This document shows positions 49,060 to 60,063 of a DNA stretch of 64,000 nucleotides, one piece after another. Source of the stretch: Pseudomonadota bacterium (GTDB lineage Bacteria; Pseudomonadota; Gammaproteobacteria; Eutrophobiales; Eutrophobiaceae); the NCBI GenBank assembly GCA_038142205.1, contig JAYQJO010000001.1, positions 2,553,659 to 2,617,658 of the forward strand, given 5' to 3'. The notes beneath the pieces are model-generated. The model was given only the letters and a program-made list of their open reading frames with translations. It was not told the origin of the DNA and searched no databases. Position numbers and translations under genes: made by a program. Each line of letters starts with the position of its first letter. Positions within the stretch are counted from its first letter, which is position 1.

Positions 49060-51136
49060 TTAACTCTGTAGTTTCGATATATCTGCTGTTTGTAAAAATA
49101 ATGCACTTAAACTGTTCAGCAGTGCTAATCTATTCATTTTAGTCGCTTCATCTTCACAATTCACCATGACATTATCAAAAAAGTCATCAATGTTTTCACG
49201 TAAACCAGCCAGTTCTGTTAAAGCCGATTTATAATCGCGTTTTTCAATAAGTGGTGAAACGCGTTTTTCATATTCATCCAGTGATTCCGCTAGTGTTTTT
49301 TCAGCATTTTCAACAAGTAAAGAATGAATAATTTTATTAATGTCAGAGACATCAGATTTTTTTAATATATTACTGATTCGCTTGTTTGCTGCTGCAAGGC
49401 TTTCTGCTTCGCTGAGTTTTCTAAATTCTGTTACGGCTATTAATCGATGGTGAAAATCCAAAGGTTTATTGGTATTGATTGCCAGAACTGATTCAAAGCT
49501 ATCTGCACTGACATTTTCATCCAGATAATAGCGACGCATTCTTTCCATTAAAAATTGATAAACTTCATCAGTACATTTCTCGGCATTAATATCACTTGTA
49601 AAATTTGATGCTGCTGTAGAAATAAGATCTTTTAAATCAATATCCAGTTTACATTCAATAATGATACGTAAAAGCCCAATAGCTGAACGACGTAAACCAA
49701 AAGGATCCTTATCACCTGTTGGAGCTTTCCCAATAGAAAAAATACCCACAAGACTGTCAATCTTTTCACTTATCGCAAGACATTGACCGATAGTAGTTGA
49801 CGGTAGATCATCACCGGCAAAACGAGGCATATAATACTCTTCTATAGCAACCGCAACATCGTTGTCTTCATCATTTGCCTCAGCGTAATAGCGGCCCATA
49901 GTGCCCTGTAACTCGGGGAATTCCGAAACCATGTCAGTAAGCAAATCACATAAACAGAGCTCTGCTGCGCGTTTCGCTTTATCAACATCGGCACTTAATA
50001 GTGTTGCCAGATTTGCGGTGGTATTTATCAAGCGCTGAGATTTGTCTGCAAGAGAACCGAGCTGTTTTTGATAAATAACTTTTTCTAATGCTTCTATATG
50101 ATTAGCTAAACCGTGTTTTAAGTCTCGCTCCCAGAAAAAGGCAGCATCGCTTAGCCGAGGTTGTATAACACGTTCATTACCCTGTTTTATTAATGCCGGA
50201 TTATTACTTTCTATATTGGCGACACTGATAAAGCAGGCTAATAGCTTTCCGTCTTCATCTACAACAGGAAAGTATTTTTGGTGATCTTGCATCGATGAGA
50301 CTAATACTTCTTTAGGTAGTTTCAGAAAGTCAGGATCAAAGTCGCCGGAAAAACTGACTGGCCATTCTACCAAGGCAGTCACTTCATCTAATAAATCCGG
50401 ATCAATAATAGCTTCACCATTATTTTTTTTCGCAATGTCTTTAACTTGTGTTTCAATCACAGCACTTCGTTCAGTATAGTCTGCTAAAACATACGCTTCT
50501 TTTTTTAGTGTTTCGACATAAGTTTCAGCGGATGTGATTGTAATTGCCTCGGGGTGATGAAAGCGATGTCCGAAACTGGTTTTACCACTACGAACGCCCA
50601 TGATTTCACAATCGATGTAATTATTACCTAAAAGTACCAATGTCCATTTTATTGGACGAACAAATTCAACATCACTATCACCCCAGCGCATACGTTTTGC
50701 GATAGGCAATCTGTTTAATGCTGTTTCTATCATGTCAGGTAATAATTCGGAAGTGTTCTTACCTTTGACTACTGTGTCAAACGCTAACCATTCACCTTTA
50801 TCTGTTTTTAATTTATCCAGTTGCTCAACACTTACGCCGCAGGATTTTGCAAAGCCTTCTGTTGCTTTAGTTGGTTTGCCGTCATCATCAAAAGCACCAG
50901 ATAATGAAGGACCACGTCGTTGTTGTTGTTTATCTTCTTGGGAGACTTCCAGATCTGATAGAACTATTGCAAGTCTGCGTGGTGTTGCATAGTAGTTTGC
51001 CGCACTAAATTTCAGTTCAGCGTCATTTAAAGATTGAACCATTTCATTTTTAAATGCGCTGGCCAGCCTTTTTTAGTGATTTCGGAGGAAGTTCTTCTGT
51101 TCCGATTTCAATTAATAGGTTTTGTGTCTTACTCAT
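49060..51136 (-). pseudogene. glyS: glycine--tRNA ligase beta subunit, N-terminus out of frame as sequenced
   Basis: The main ORF starts only at MVQSL.... ATG 51136, 17 nt after the glyQ stop, encodes MSKTQNLLIEIGTEELPPKSLKK, the conserved GlyS N-terminus. It joins if the run 51069-51074 (or the adjacent CC, GG in the gene) is one nt shorter. Length 2077 nt is not a multiple of 3. Confidence 0.85.
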
Positions 51137-51153
51137 GTTGATAAATATAAATT

Positions 51154-52080
51154 CTATTTTTCATTTAATAATGGAAAGCCTAATGTTTCGCGACTTTCAA
51201 AGTAGGTTTGTGCAACGGCACGGGAGAGTGTTCTGACCCGTAAAATATATCGTTGTCGCTCCGTGACGGATATCGCACTTCTGGCATCGAGTAAATTAAA
51301 AGTATGTGATGCTTTCATTGTCATTTCATAAGCAGGCAAAGGCAGACCTTCTTCAATGAGTTTTTGCGATTCCTGCTCACAGGTATCAAACCAGCTAAAT
51401 AATGATTCGGTGTTCGCTAACTCAAAGTTATAACGTGACATTTCGACTTCGTTCTGGTGGAAAACATCACCATAAGTCACAATATTTTCGCCTGTATCTG
51501 TCCAGACTAGATCAAAAATATTACTGTGTCCTTGCAGGCACATGGCGATACGTTCCAGACCATAGGTGATCTCGCCCGTGACAGGTTTACAGTCCAGGCC
51601 ACCAATTTGCTGAAAATACGTGAATTGGCTGATTTCCATACCATCGAGCCAGACTTCCCAACCCAGCCCCCAGGCACCTAATGTCGGTGATTCCCAATTG
51701 TCTTCAACAAAGCGGATATCATGTGCAGCAGTATCAACACCAACGGCTTTTAATGAATCCAGATACAGTTGTTGGATATCGTCTGGAGACGGTTTTAGTA
51801 CAACCTGGAATTGGTAGTAGTGTTGTAATCGATTTGGATTTTCACCATAGCGTCCATCTGTAGGGCGACGACAGGGCTGCACATAGGCCGCGCGCCACGG
51901 TTCCGGGCCAATTGCACGTAAAAATGTGGCTGGATGAAAGGTCCCTGCGCCCATTTCCATATCGTAGGGCTGTGCAATGGCACAACCATGATCAGACCAA
52001 TATTGCTGTAATTTAAAAATGAGCTGTTGAAAGCTCAATTTTGAACCTGAAACTTCTTTTTGCTTATTATCTTGAGACAT
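51154..52080 (-). CDS. glyQ: glycine--tRNA ligase alpha subunit
   Basis: 308 aa with [43 protein letters not shown]. Confidence 0.96.
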   Translation of the reverse strand: MSQDNKQKEVSGSKLSFQQLIFKLQQYWSDHGCAIAQPYDMEMGAGTFHPATFLRAIGPEPWRAAYVQPCRRPTDGRYGENPNRLQHYYQFQVVLKPSPDDIQQLYLDSLKAVGVDTAAHDIRFVEDNWESPTLGAWGLGWEVWLDGMEISQFTYFQQIGGLDCKPVTGEITYGLERIAMCLQGHSNIFDLVWTDTGENIVTYGDVFHQNEVEMSRYNFELANTESLFSWFDTCEQESQKLIEEGLPLPAYEMTMKASHTFNLLDARSAISVTERQRYILRVRTLSRAVAQTYFESRETLGFPLLNEK

Positions 52081-52222
52081 CTAGTTAAACCAATTTAAGA
52101 GGCGGGAAGTATACCGTGTGTGACTTACGATGTGTATTCAGCTAATTGAAAAGAATGCTTAAGTTCTTGCTGGAAGTTGCCGTTAAGCGAATATCGAGCG
52201 AATTACTACACAGGATATAATT

Positions 52223-52765
52223 TTGAGACAGATAACATTGACCGTTTCCGAGACTGCACACTGGTATGCGCTGATAGGTAGAGCAGAGCATGTTGCCTGT
52301 CATTTATTGCCGCAGGGGGTTGAAGACTATTTAGTTCGACTTTTCATGCGCGTTGAGAAGAATGAAGCAATGCCTTTGCAAAATATGGCTGACCAAACTG
52401 AAGCAGAAAGTGCTGAGCGTAAACTACAGAAATTGGCAGATCGGTGTTTGATGCTATGCGGGTTTTATCCGGAAGCTAGCGAAGAATACGGCATTGCTAT
52501 AGATGAGTTCATTGAAATGGGAGTCGAGTCTTACAGGAAACTGTCTTCAATAGAGAGTGGTGAAAATGAAATTATCTATTCATATCTGACAGAAAACTTC
52601 GTGCAAGTCTCTGAACTATTGAACTATATTAATCAAGTTTCTCATAAAAATGTGACTAAACCTTGTTATAAAACAGTTGTTAGTAACGAGGAAATAAACA
52701 TTCCACAAAAGCAAATTGCAAACATTTCATTTAGTAGTCCTATTTCACACCGCGTTTTGAACTAA
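52223..52765 (+). CDS. hypothetical protein (distant paralogue of 27126-27752)
   Basis: 180 aa with a TTG start (uncertain). It shares blocks with the 27126 ORF: ERKLQKLADRCLMLCGFYPEASEEYGIAIDEFIEMGVESYRKLS. Confidence 0.5.
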   Translation: MRQITLTVSETAHWYALIGRAEHVACHLLPQGVEDYLVRLFMRVEKNEAMPLQNMADQTEAESAERKLQKLADRCLMLCGFYPEASEEYGIAIDEFIEMGVESYRKLSSIESGENEIIYSYLTENFVQVSELLNYINQVSHKNVTKPCYKTVVSNEEINIPQKQIANISFSSPISHRVLN

Positions 52766-52869
52766 TTAGGGAAGTATAAAATTTCAGAATAGAACACGAA
52801 TTCTGTTTAACTATATGAGGGCATGCTTTAAATAAATATAGGAAGGGCATAAAATAACGAGGTATATTT

Positions 52870-53247
52870 ATGTCAATAAAAAACGGAGAAGAAAAAGCAT
52901 TATTAGATAATTCAATTTTAAAGGAGTTAAAATTGATAATGGAAGATGAGTTTACGGAAATTTTACAAGTATTTTTAGAAGAGTCCGTAAGCTTGATGTC
53001 TGAAATACATCAGGCATTTGAAGAAGCCCCTAAAGAGGCAGCAGGGAAAGTACACGCGCTTAAATCCTGTAGTAATAATGTAGGTGCAATACGTTTAAGC
53101 GAAATAGCCGAAGATATAAGACAGCATCTTATTGATAATGAAATTACTGTTGCTAAAGACAAGTTAAATGAATTACAAGATGTTTTTACACAGTCACATG
53201 GTCAGGTAAAAAAATACATGAAAGATTATATGGATAAAGTTGCTTAA
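52870..53247 (+). CDS. Hpt (histidine phosphotransfer) domain protein
   Basis: 125 aa with VHALKSCSNNVGA, an HxxKG/S-type phosphohistidine motif. Confidence 0.7.
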   Translation: MSIKNGEEKALLDNSILKELKLIMEDEFTEILQVFLEESVSLMSEIHQAFEEAPKEAAGKVHALKSCSNNVGAIRLSEIAEDIRQHLIDNEITVAKDKLNELQDVFTQSHGQVKKYMKDYMDKVA

Positions 53248-53268
53248 TTCAGAAAAAAAACGGTTTAC

Positions 53269-55419
53269 ATGGAAAAAGAAGCAAGAAAAAAGCTGTTAAT
53301 TATTGATGATGATATTGATATACGTCGATTAATTAAACATGGGTTGGAAAAACAGGGCTATATGGTTTTTGAAGCCAGTGATGGCGTTTCCGGCTTTGAA
53401 AAATTTGAATCAACGGTTCTTGATCTGGTTATAGCGGATGTCAGGATGCCAGGCATGGATGGATTTGAGTTTTGTGAAAAAGCAACTCAAAGCAACTGCA
53501 ATAAACATATTCCTATTATGATTATGACTGCGAGTGATGATTATGGCTCAGTCAATAAGGCTTATGAAAAAGGCGCAACCGACTTTATCTCCAAGCCTGT
53601 TAATCTGGCAAAGTTAAAGCACCGTGTTAAATTTTCATTACGGGCATACGAAACGTCTGCAACATTAGCGAGAAGTGAACGTCAACTATTGTCTGCACAA
53701 AAGTTAGCGAAGCTAGGTGCATGGGTTTACGATGTTGAAGATAAGCAATTTCATTGCTCTGATGAGGTTGCTAAAATTTTTGGCATCAGTTATTCAAATA
53801 TGATGTCTCATGATGATTTAATGAACTGTGTTGACGAAAAAGATGTGAACAAGGTTCGTCAAGTACTGGAAGATGCCTCAATAAACAATAAAGCTCATAG
53901 TCTTGAATATGCTATAAAGTCGAGAGATGGAAAAAACAAGCAAATCAGGCAAATCATTAATGTAGATACTGACGATGTAATTAACGAAGGAAAAATATTT
54001 GGTATTTTTCAGGATATTTCTGACTTGAGAAATGCTGAAAATAAAGTAAGAACCTTATCTTTATTCGATAGTGTAACAGGCTTACCAAACAGACGTTTTT
54101 TTAAACGTTTACTGACACAGGCCATCGCTTCATCAAAACGATCTAAACACGGTTTTGCAATATTGCATATCAACCTTGATAAGTTCATGCGAATCAACAC
54201 CACATTAGGACATGATGTTGGCGATGAGTTGCTAATAGAAGCAAGTCAACGTTTAAAAATAAACCTTGATGATACTGATTATTTATTTGAGCAAGAAAAG
54301 CTTCAAATAAATAGCGGGTTGCTCGCTCATTTCGGTGGCGATGATTTTATGATCTTGTTGAATAATATTTATTCTGAAGATGCCGCGGCCAAGGTTGCTG
54401 CTCGCATAAACAAAGCATTTGAGAAGTCATTTAATATTTCCGGTCATGAAATCCATATGACAGCGAGTATCGGCATTGGTATTTACCCAGATGATGGAGC
54501 CGAGACAGAAGGTTTAATAAAGAAAGTCAGCGTTGCCTTACACAATGCCAAGGAGACTGGCCGAAATTGCTTCCGTTTTTATACTGATTCAATGAATGCG
54601 ATGTCTTTTCAGCGTTTGTCTATGGAAACAGGTTTGCGTAATGCACTGAAAAGAGAAGAGTTCGTTCTTTTCTATCAGCCAAAAATTAGTTTGCTTGAAG
54701 GAAAAATCAGTGGCGCAGAAGCTTTGATAAGATGGAATCATCCTGATATGGGACTGGTCCCGCCGAATGATTTTATTGCTATCGCAGAAAGTATGGGATT
54801 AATTGTACCGATGACAGACTGGGTTATTGCTGAGGCGTGCAGGCAATTATCCGCATGGGATAAAAACGGCTTTCATCTTAAATCTATAGCGGTAAACATC
54901 ACGCCTAATTCATTGTTGAATAAAAACATAAATGATTATATCTCCAAGCAACTTGAAAGCGCAGTTGTAGAAGCATCGCGACTTGATTTTGAAATAACCG
55001 AATCGATTTTCATGCAAAATTTTGATGAGATTGTTCCTGTTTTACATGGCTTAAAGAAAATGGGTGCCAGTATTTCAATTGACGATTTTGGAACAGGTTA
55101 TTCATCATTAAGTTATTTGAAACGTTTGCCTATTTCCAAATTAAAAATAGATCAAAGTTTTATACGTGATTTAATGCATGATAAGGATGATGAGATTATC
55201 GTTAATGCCGTGATTTCAATGGCACATAATCTTGGCTTTGATGTTATAGCCGAAGGAGTTGAAGCTGAAGAACAACTGGAGTATTTAAGAAAACAGGAGT
55301 GTAATGTGGTTCAAGGTTATTACTATAGTCGACCTTTAGCTGCTAACGACTTTTATGAATGGGCGATGAAGTATGAAACGGAATTGCCGACGTTGGCACC
55401 CGTTTTACAGACAGGTTAG
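53269..55419 (+). CDS. response regulator receiver-PAS-GGDEF(degenerate GGDDF)-EAL protein
   Basis: 716 aa with a receiver domain (LLIIDDD...DVRMPGMDG) and a PAS domain. GGDDF replaces GGDEF and no RxxD I-site is present. The EAL domain has EALIRW and DDFGTGYSSL. Confidence 0.85.
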   Translation: MEKEARKKLLIIDDDIDIRRLIKHGLEKQGYMVFEASDGVSGFEKFESTVLDLVIADVRMPGMDGFEFCEKATQSNCNKHIPIMIMTASDDYGSVNKAYEKGATDFISKPVNLAKLKHRVKFSLRAYETSATLARSERQLLSAQKLAKLGAWVYDVEDKQFHCSDEVAKIFGISYSNMMSHDDLMNCVDEKDVNKVRQVLEDASINNKAHSLEYAIKSRDGKNKQIRQIINVDTDDVINEGKIFGIFQDISDLRNAENKVRTLSLFDSVTGLPNRRFFKRLLTQAIASSKRSKHGFAILHINLDKFMRINTTLGHDVGDELLIEASQRLKINLDDTDYLFEQEKLQINSGLLAHFGGDDFMILLNNIYSEDAAAKVAARINKAFEKSFNISGHEIHMTASIGIGIYPDDGAETEGLIKKVSVALHNAKETGRNCFRFYTDSMNAMSFQRLSMETGLRNALKREEFVLFYQPKISLLEGKISGAEALIRWNHPDMGLVPPNDFIAIAESMGLIVPMTDWVIAEACRQLSAWDKNGFHLKSIAVNITPNSLLNKNINDYISKQLESAVVEASRLDFEITESIFMQNFDEIVPVLHGLKKMGASISIDDFGTGYSSLSYLKRLPISKLKIDQSFIRDLMHDKDDEIIVNAVISMAHNLGFDVIAEGVEAEEQLEYLRKQECNVVQGYYYSRPLAANDFYEWAMKYETELPTLAPVLQTG

Positions 55420-56505
55420 CTATTTAACTTCTTGTTCAACAAAATTGGTACTATCATCACGGATCACATTATCAGAACGCTTTTTTAACTCATCGTATTT
55501 GAATTCCTGAATCTCAAACCACCAATTTGATGTACGTGCATTCAGGTTTTCTATAGAGGCCTTAACATCATCAGCCTTAAATTGTTGTTCAGCTTCCGGA
55601 ATGAAAGCGTCGTCAAACTTGAATTCAAATGACGCATAAGGAATACCATCTAATTCAAAGGCGACAATATCCACAATAATGGCTTCAAAAGTTATGATTT
55701 GTGCTGAGATAGTTTTTTCTGGTGCCTGAAGTTTCTCTTTTGAACGTGCACCATTGATCTGCACATCCTGTAAAATAGTACCAAACTTGTTAATAATGAT
55801 TTCTGGTGCAATCTTTTTACCGAAAGGAAGGTTTTGCAGTTGAAAATGTTCTTGGCCTTTTTCGTTTTTAAGCAATGTGAAGGTATCGCCATCAGTATGA
55901 ACGATACGTACAGATTTAATCGCTTCTTTTGGAATATCAAATAAGCTGCGCTCGATCCAGTCAGTTTTTACAGCAGTGATATCCATAACGCCATCGACTA
56001 GATAGGACTGTTCATCATCAGGTTTGCGTACGTACAAACCTGGACTGCTTTGTGATGCGCTACTTAGTCTTGGTTTTCCTAAAATAACTTTAATAATGTC
56101 ATTTGAGCTTGTGTCTTTGATTGTTAACAATAGAGACGTTGATTCTTCATGTTTCCCCGGGCCTTCAACGCCAAGGCGATGATATAGTCGAGGCAAAGCC
56201 GTTTTAGGCGCATTGATTCTAAGATCCGCAGCACCAAGCACAGTACTTTTTACTTTGTCAGGTAGTGCAGGATAGCTGTCAAATTCATCAATAGTCCAAA
56301 AGTCGTCTATTCGAGTCAGATTAACTGATCCGGCATAGTTTTCTATTGAGATGTGATTGACTGATTCAATTTGTCCAGCCAGTTCAGGAAAAAACAGTGG
56401 TTTGTCCTTTTCTGATTGCGGCGCACGTAATTTGACAAATATTGATGCTGCAACAACAACAACAACCGTTATCAGGGTCAATAAGATAAGTTTATTTTTA
56501 AACAT
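55420..56505 (-). CDS. DUF4340-like membrane-anchored protein
   Basis: 361 aa with an N-terminal TM anchor. Its ATG overlaps the in-frame-restored stop of the GldG-like gene (TGATG). The family assignment rests on context and memory only. Confidence 0.5.
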   Translation of the reverse strand: MFKNKLILLTLITVVVVVAASIFVKLRAPQSEKDKPLFFPELAGQIESVNHISIENYAGSVNLTRIDDFWTIDEFDSYPALPDKVKSTVLGAADLRINAPKTALPRLYHRLGVEGPGKHEESTSLLLTIKDTSSNDIIKVILGKPRLSSASQSSPGLYVRKPDDEQSYLVDGVMDITAVKTDWIERSLFDIPKEAIKSVRIVHTDGDTFTLLKNEKGQEHFQLQNLPFGKKIAPEIIINKFGTILQDVQINGARSKEKLQAPEKTISAQIITFEAIIVDIVAFELDGIPYASFEFKFDDAFIPEAEQQFKADDVKASIENLNARTSNWWFEIQEFKYDELKKRSDNVIRDDSTNFVEQEVK

Positions 56506-58382
56506 CAGTTTCGTCTGCTTGTTCGGTATATACCTATTATCAATGCCAATAAAGTAATTAATAATGGGATTAAGCCAATATTAATAAATCGTATCTGCGC
56601 ACCGAGTTTCTCAATATTTTTTGAAGTTCATGTTGAACACTGCGCAGTTCTTTCCTTGTAGCAAGTCGCTCTGCCCTAAATTTCAATCTCTGCTGTTAAT
56701 TTGTTATTTAACAAATAAGATTTTTCTGTGCCTTGTTCCTGTTGTAACTCTCGTATTTTGGTTTCAGTTTCTTCCAGGCTAGATTGTAACTCTTGCTCGC
56801 GTTGACGAAATTTTGCTTCCGCTTCTCTACGGATCTTATCGACTACTTCAAAAGGTCGTGAGTATTTTTCTCGACCTCGTAGACTGATCAAATCTGTATT
56901 ACCGGAGAGATTCTCTATGCCGTTCATAACAAAATCAGCGTTATTGGCAATAGGTTGCGGCACAGAAGCACCAAACATGTTTTGTGAGCGTATCCAAAAA
57001 TGGTCGGCCAAGATATCGGTATCCGTAACCAGGATAAGGTTAAGCAGGCCTTCTCCGATATAATCCTTTGCAGGTGTTTTAAGCCCTTTCAGCTGTTCCG
57101 GCAAACCATCTGGGAAGTAGCTTTGTGCTTTACCGCTGATACGTGCTGCCAGTAACATCTGCTTATCTTCTGACTTGAAGTTATCCATGATGATGCTGGG
57201 ATCGCGCTGTAGTAAGACTAAGTCACGTTCCAGTTTTGTCGATTGTTTCGAGGTTTGAATCAAAGGTGTAATTTCTAGACCTTTATCTTCTTTAAGTTCA
57301 AGCGAGCCAACAGTTCCCATATGGATCAGATTAAGCTCACTGGTAGAGAAATCGTCGGTATTAAAATTCTTTTCTGTCAATCTTAACCAGGGGAGGAAAT
57401 CAACACCCTGTGGTTTACGTGGATCATCCGATTGAACACGCATGGCAGCATTAATGTCGCCAACGACCTTGTTTTCACTCATTTCAAGCCCCCAGTGCTC
57501 AAGTAACTCTGGCAGATAGGAAGCAATTTCAGGCATGGTGCCGGCTTGTTCGGGCGGTGTGTGGTCAAGTTCTGAGATTTTATCAATAAATATGATGGCG
57601 TTACCACCATGTAACAGGTATTGATCAATGGCGTATAAAGTCTGCTGGTCAAGCTTTTTAGGATGCACCAACATTAGTACGTCAATTTTATCGACATCGA
57701 TATTTTCAACGAGTGTATCAACGTTTTCGCTGAGATTAAGTATTTCAAAAGAGTCTCGTAATGCATCAATAATTATCCATGAGCGCGCGTTAGCTTCGCC
57801 TGTTCTGGCAATTATCGGTAATTGTGAGAGTACACCAATGGTTCGTTTCTCTGGGTAGGCAAGATCATAAATCATCTTGGTTAAGTCGTATTCAAGAGCA
57901 GACTCGCGATTGGTCTGAAAGAAAGGAATGACTTTTTCATCATCTGTCGAATTGGTTCCAACAATCCCGAAATACGCTCGATCACCATCAGAGCTGGCCG
58001 AAACAGTACGTAAGCCACTAGCCACAGCCTGATCTTCCGTTTCAGAGAAAGTTTCCGGTTCAATAATGTTTAGGATTAACTTCCCACCCGCATGAGCCGC
58101 GTATTCTTCTAACATATCCCTGACGCGAAGACCGTAATTTACCAGCAGTGGATAGTCGCTCATGGCTTTTTGAGAAAAATAAAAATCAAGCTGAACCGGC
58201 TCTTCTAAACGACCTAGAATATTTTTTGTCCCTTCTGACAAGGTAAATAATTTGCTTTCCGTTAAATCGATGCGCCATGTTGTTAATGCTGCATTTGCAA
58301 GCATTATTGTCCCTGTAAACAGGCATATCGCTAAAATCAAACCTGTGCTGGAAGTAAGTTTGCTTTTTATAGAGTGTTGCAT
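56505..58382 (-). pseudogene. GldG-like ABC-transport auxiliary protein with two compensating frameshifts near the C-terminus
   Basis: The ORF stops at 56676 (..AEIEI*). The next frame reads FRAERLATRKELRSVQHELQK. The original frame then resumes with NIEKLGAQIRFINIGLIPLLITLLALIIGIYRTSRRN*, the typical C-terminal TM. The lesions lie at 56678-56694 and the T6 run 56617-56622. Total length 1878 nt is a multiple of 3. Confidence 0.75.
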
Positions 58383-58385
58383 GAT

Positions 58386-59120
58386 CTAACTCGCTTTCTT
58401 CGTCTCAATAACGACGACGTTGACGTACAACCAAAATATAATTAATGCACTAAAATAAATGATATCGCGTATATCAATGACGCCTTTTTTTATTGAATTG
58501 AAGTGCGTAAGAAAGCTAAATGATGCAATTGCATCGACTACCGCTTGTGGTGCCCATCCTTGAAATAAGTTCAATACCATCGGAAAACCACTCAGAATAA
58601 ACATGAAACAAATGACAACACTGATGACAAATGCAATCACCTGGCTCTTGGTAAAAGCTGATATACAGGAACCGATAGCAAGAAAACCACCGGCCATGAT
58701 CAGGCTACCGATATAGCTTGCCAAAATAACTGTGTTGTCCGGATCGCCCAGGTAATTAACCGTGAACCACATCGGGAATGTCAAGCCTATGGCAACTGCA
58801 GTAAAGCTCCATGCTGCCAGGTATTTTCCAACAACGGCATCGGTAATTGATACCGGCAAGGTCATCAACAATTCTATGGTGCCGCTCTTTCGCTCATCGG
58901 ACCAAAGGCGCATCGATATCGCTGGGATTAAAAACAGATATAGCCAAGGATGAAAACGAAAGAAAGGTTCCAGATCAGCCTGATTACTTTCATAGAATGC
59001 ACCGATATAAAAGGTAAAGATACCGGTCATGAATAAAAAGATAACAATGAAGACATAAGCAACGGGTGTGACAAAGTAACTGCTGAATTCACGTTTATAG
59101 ATCGAAAACAAGGTGCTCAT
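58386..59120 (-). CDS. ABC-2 type transporter permease (GldF-like)
   Basis: 244 aa with 6 TM segments. It overlaps the ATPase gene by 4 nt. Confidence 0.7.
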   Translation of the reverse strand: MSTLFSIYKREFSSYFVTPVAYVFIVIFLFMTGIFTFYIGAFYESNQADLEPFFRFHPWLYLFLIPAISMRLWSDERKSGTIELLMTLPVSITDAVVGKYLAAWSFTAVAIGLTFPMWFTVNYLGDPDNTVILASYIGSLIMAGGFLAIGSCISAFTKSQVIAFVISVVICFMFILSGFPMVLNLFQGWAPQAVVDAIASFSFLTHFNSIKKGVIDIRDIIYFSALIIFWLYVNVVVIETKKAS

Positions 59121-59863
59121 GATGTTGCGACCTCCTTGTTCTCTTCTGTTGTGACGATGCGGAAGGCATGGTCAATATCACCGCGGTCTGATTTAGAAAT
59201 CAATTCTTTTGGTGTGCCATCAAATAATAAATTGCCTGTCGAAATAATGATTGCGCGAGTACAAACAGCATCGACTTCTTCCAAAATATGAGTAGATATA
59301 ATAATTGCCTTGTCTTTTGCCATTTCTTTAATCAGGTTTCGCACTTCATGCTTCTGATTTGGGTCAAGGCCATCAGTTGGTTCATCAAGGATAAGAATAT
59401 TCGGATCATGCAAGATAGCCTGGGCGATGCCGACACGGCGTTTATAGCCTTTAGATAATGTTTCTATACTTTGGTCGGCAACATTTTTTATATTGATGAT
59501 ATCAATTACTTCATCGATTCGTTTCTGACGATTTGCTCCGGTCAATTGTCGAATATCCGCTATAAAGTTAAGGAAGCTTCTCACGGTCATTTCACCATAG
59601 GCTGGGGCGCCCTCAGGTAAATAGCCGATGGATTTTTTTACGGCCAACGGGTTTTCCAGAACATCATGGCCGTTAACTTCAACCGTACCACTAGTCGGTT
59701 CCAGAAAACCGGTGATCATTTTCATGGTCGTGGACTTACCTGCGCCATTCGGCCCAAGAAACCCGAGTACTTCACCATGATTAACATCAAACGAAACGCC
59801 TTGGACCGCATGAATTGGACCGAAAGACTTCCGTAACGATTTAACTTTAATCGCCTCTGACAT
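59117..59863 (-). CDS. ABC transporter ATP-binding protein (GldA-like)
   Basis: 248 aa with Walker A GPNGAGKST, signature LSKGYKRR and Walker B ILILDEPT. Confidence 0.88.
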   Translation of the reverse strand: MSEAIKVKSLRKSFGPIHAVQGVSFDVNHGEVLGFLGPNGAGKSTTMKMITGFLEPTSGTVEVNGHDVLENPLAVKKSIGYLPEGAPAYGEMTVRSFLNFIADIRQLTGANRQKRIDEVIDIINIKNVADQSIETLSKGYKRRVGIAQAILHDPNILILDEPTDGLDPNQKHEVRNLIKEMAKDKAIIISTHILEEVDAVCTRAIIISTGNLLFDGTPKELISKSDRGDIDHAFRIVTTEENKEVATS

Positions 59864-60063
59864 AGTGTTATTAATTAGATACCTTATAAAAGCTACTATT
59901 TATTATAAAAATTATATCCATCGTGGCAAGAGCTAAGCGGCTCTGCCTAATTTGCGCGCACCATTCTGCATAAAAATAGGACGTCGTCAATTTTATTATG
60001 GACTTAATTCCGCCTGGTTTGTTCCCAAATCAGTTTTTCATTTTATTTAAGTGAAAGAAATTC

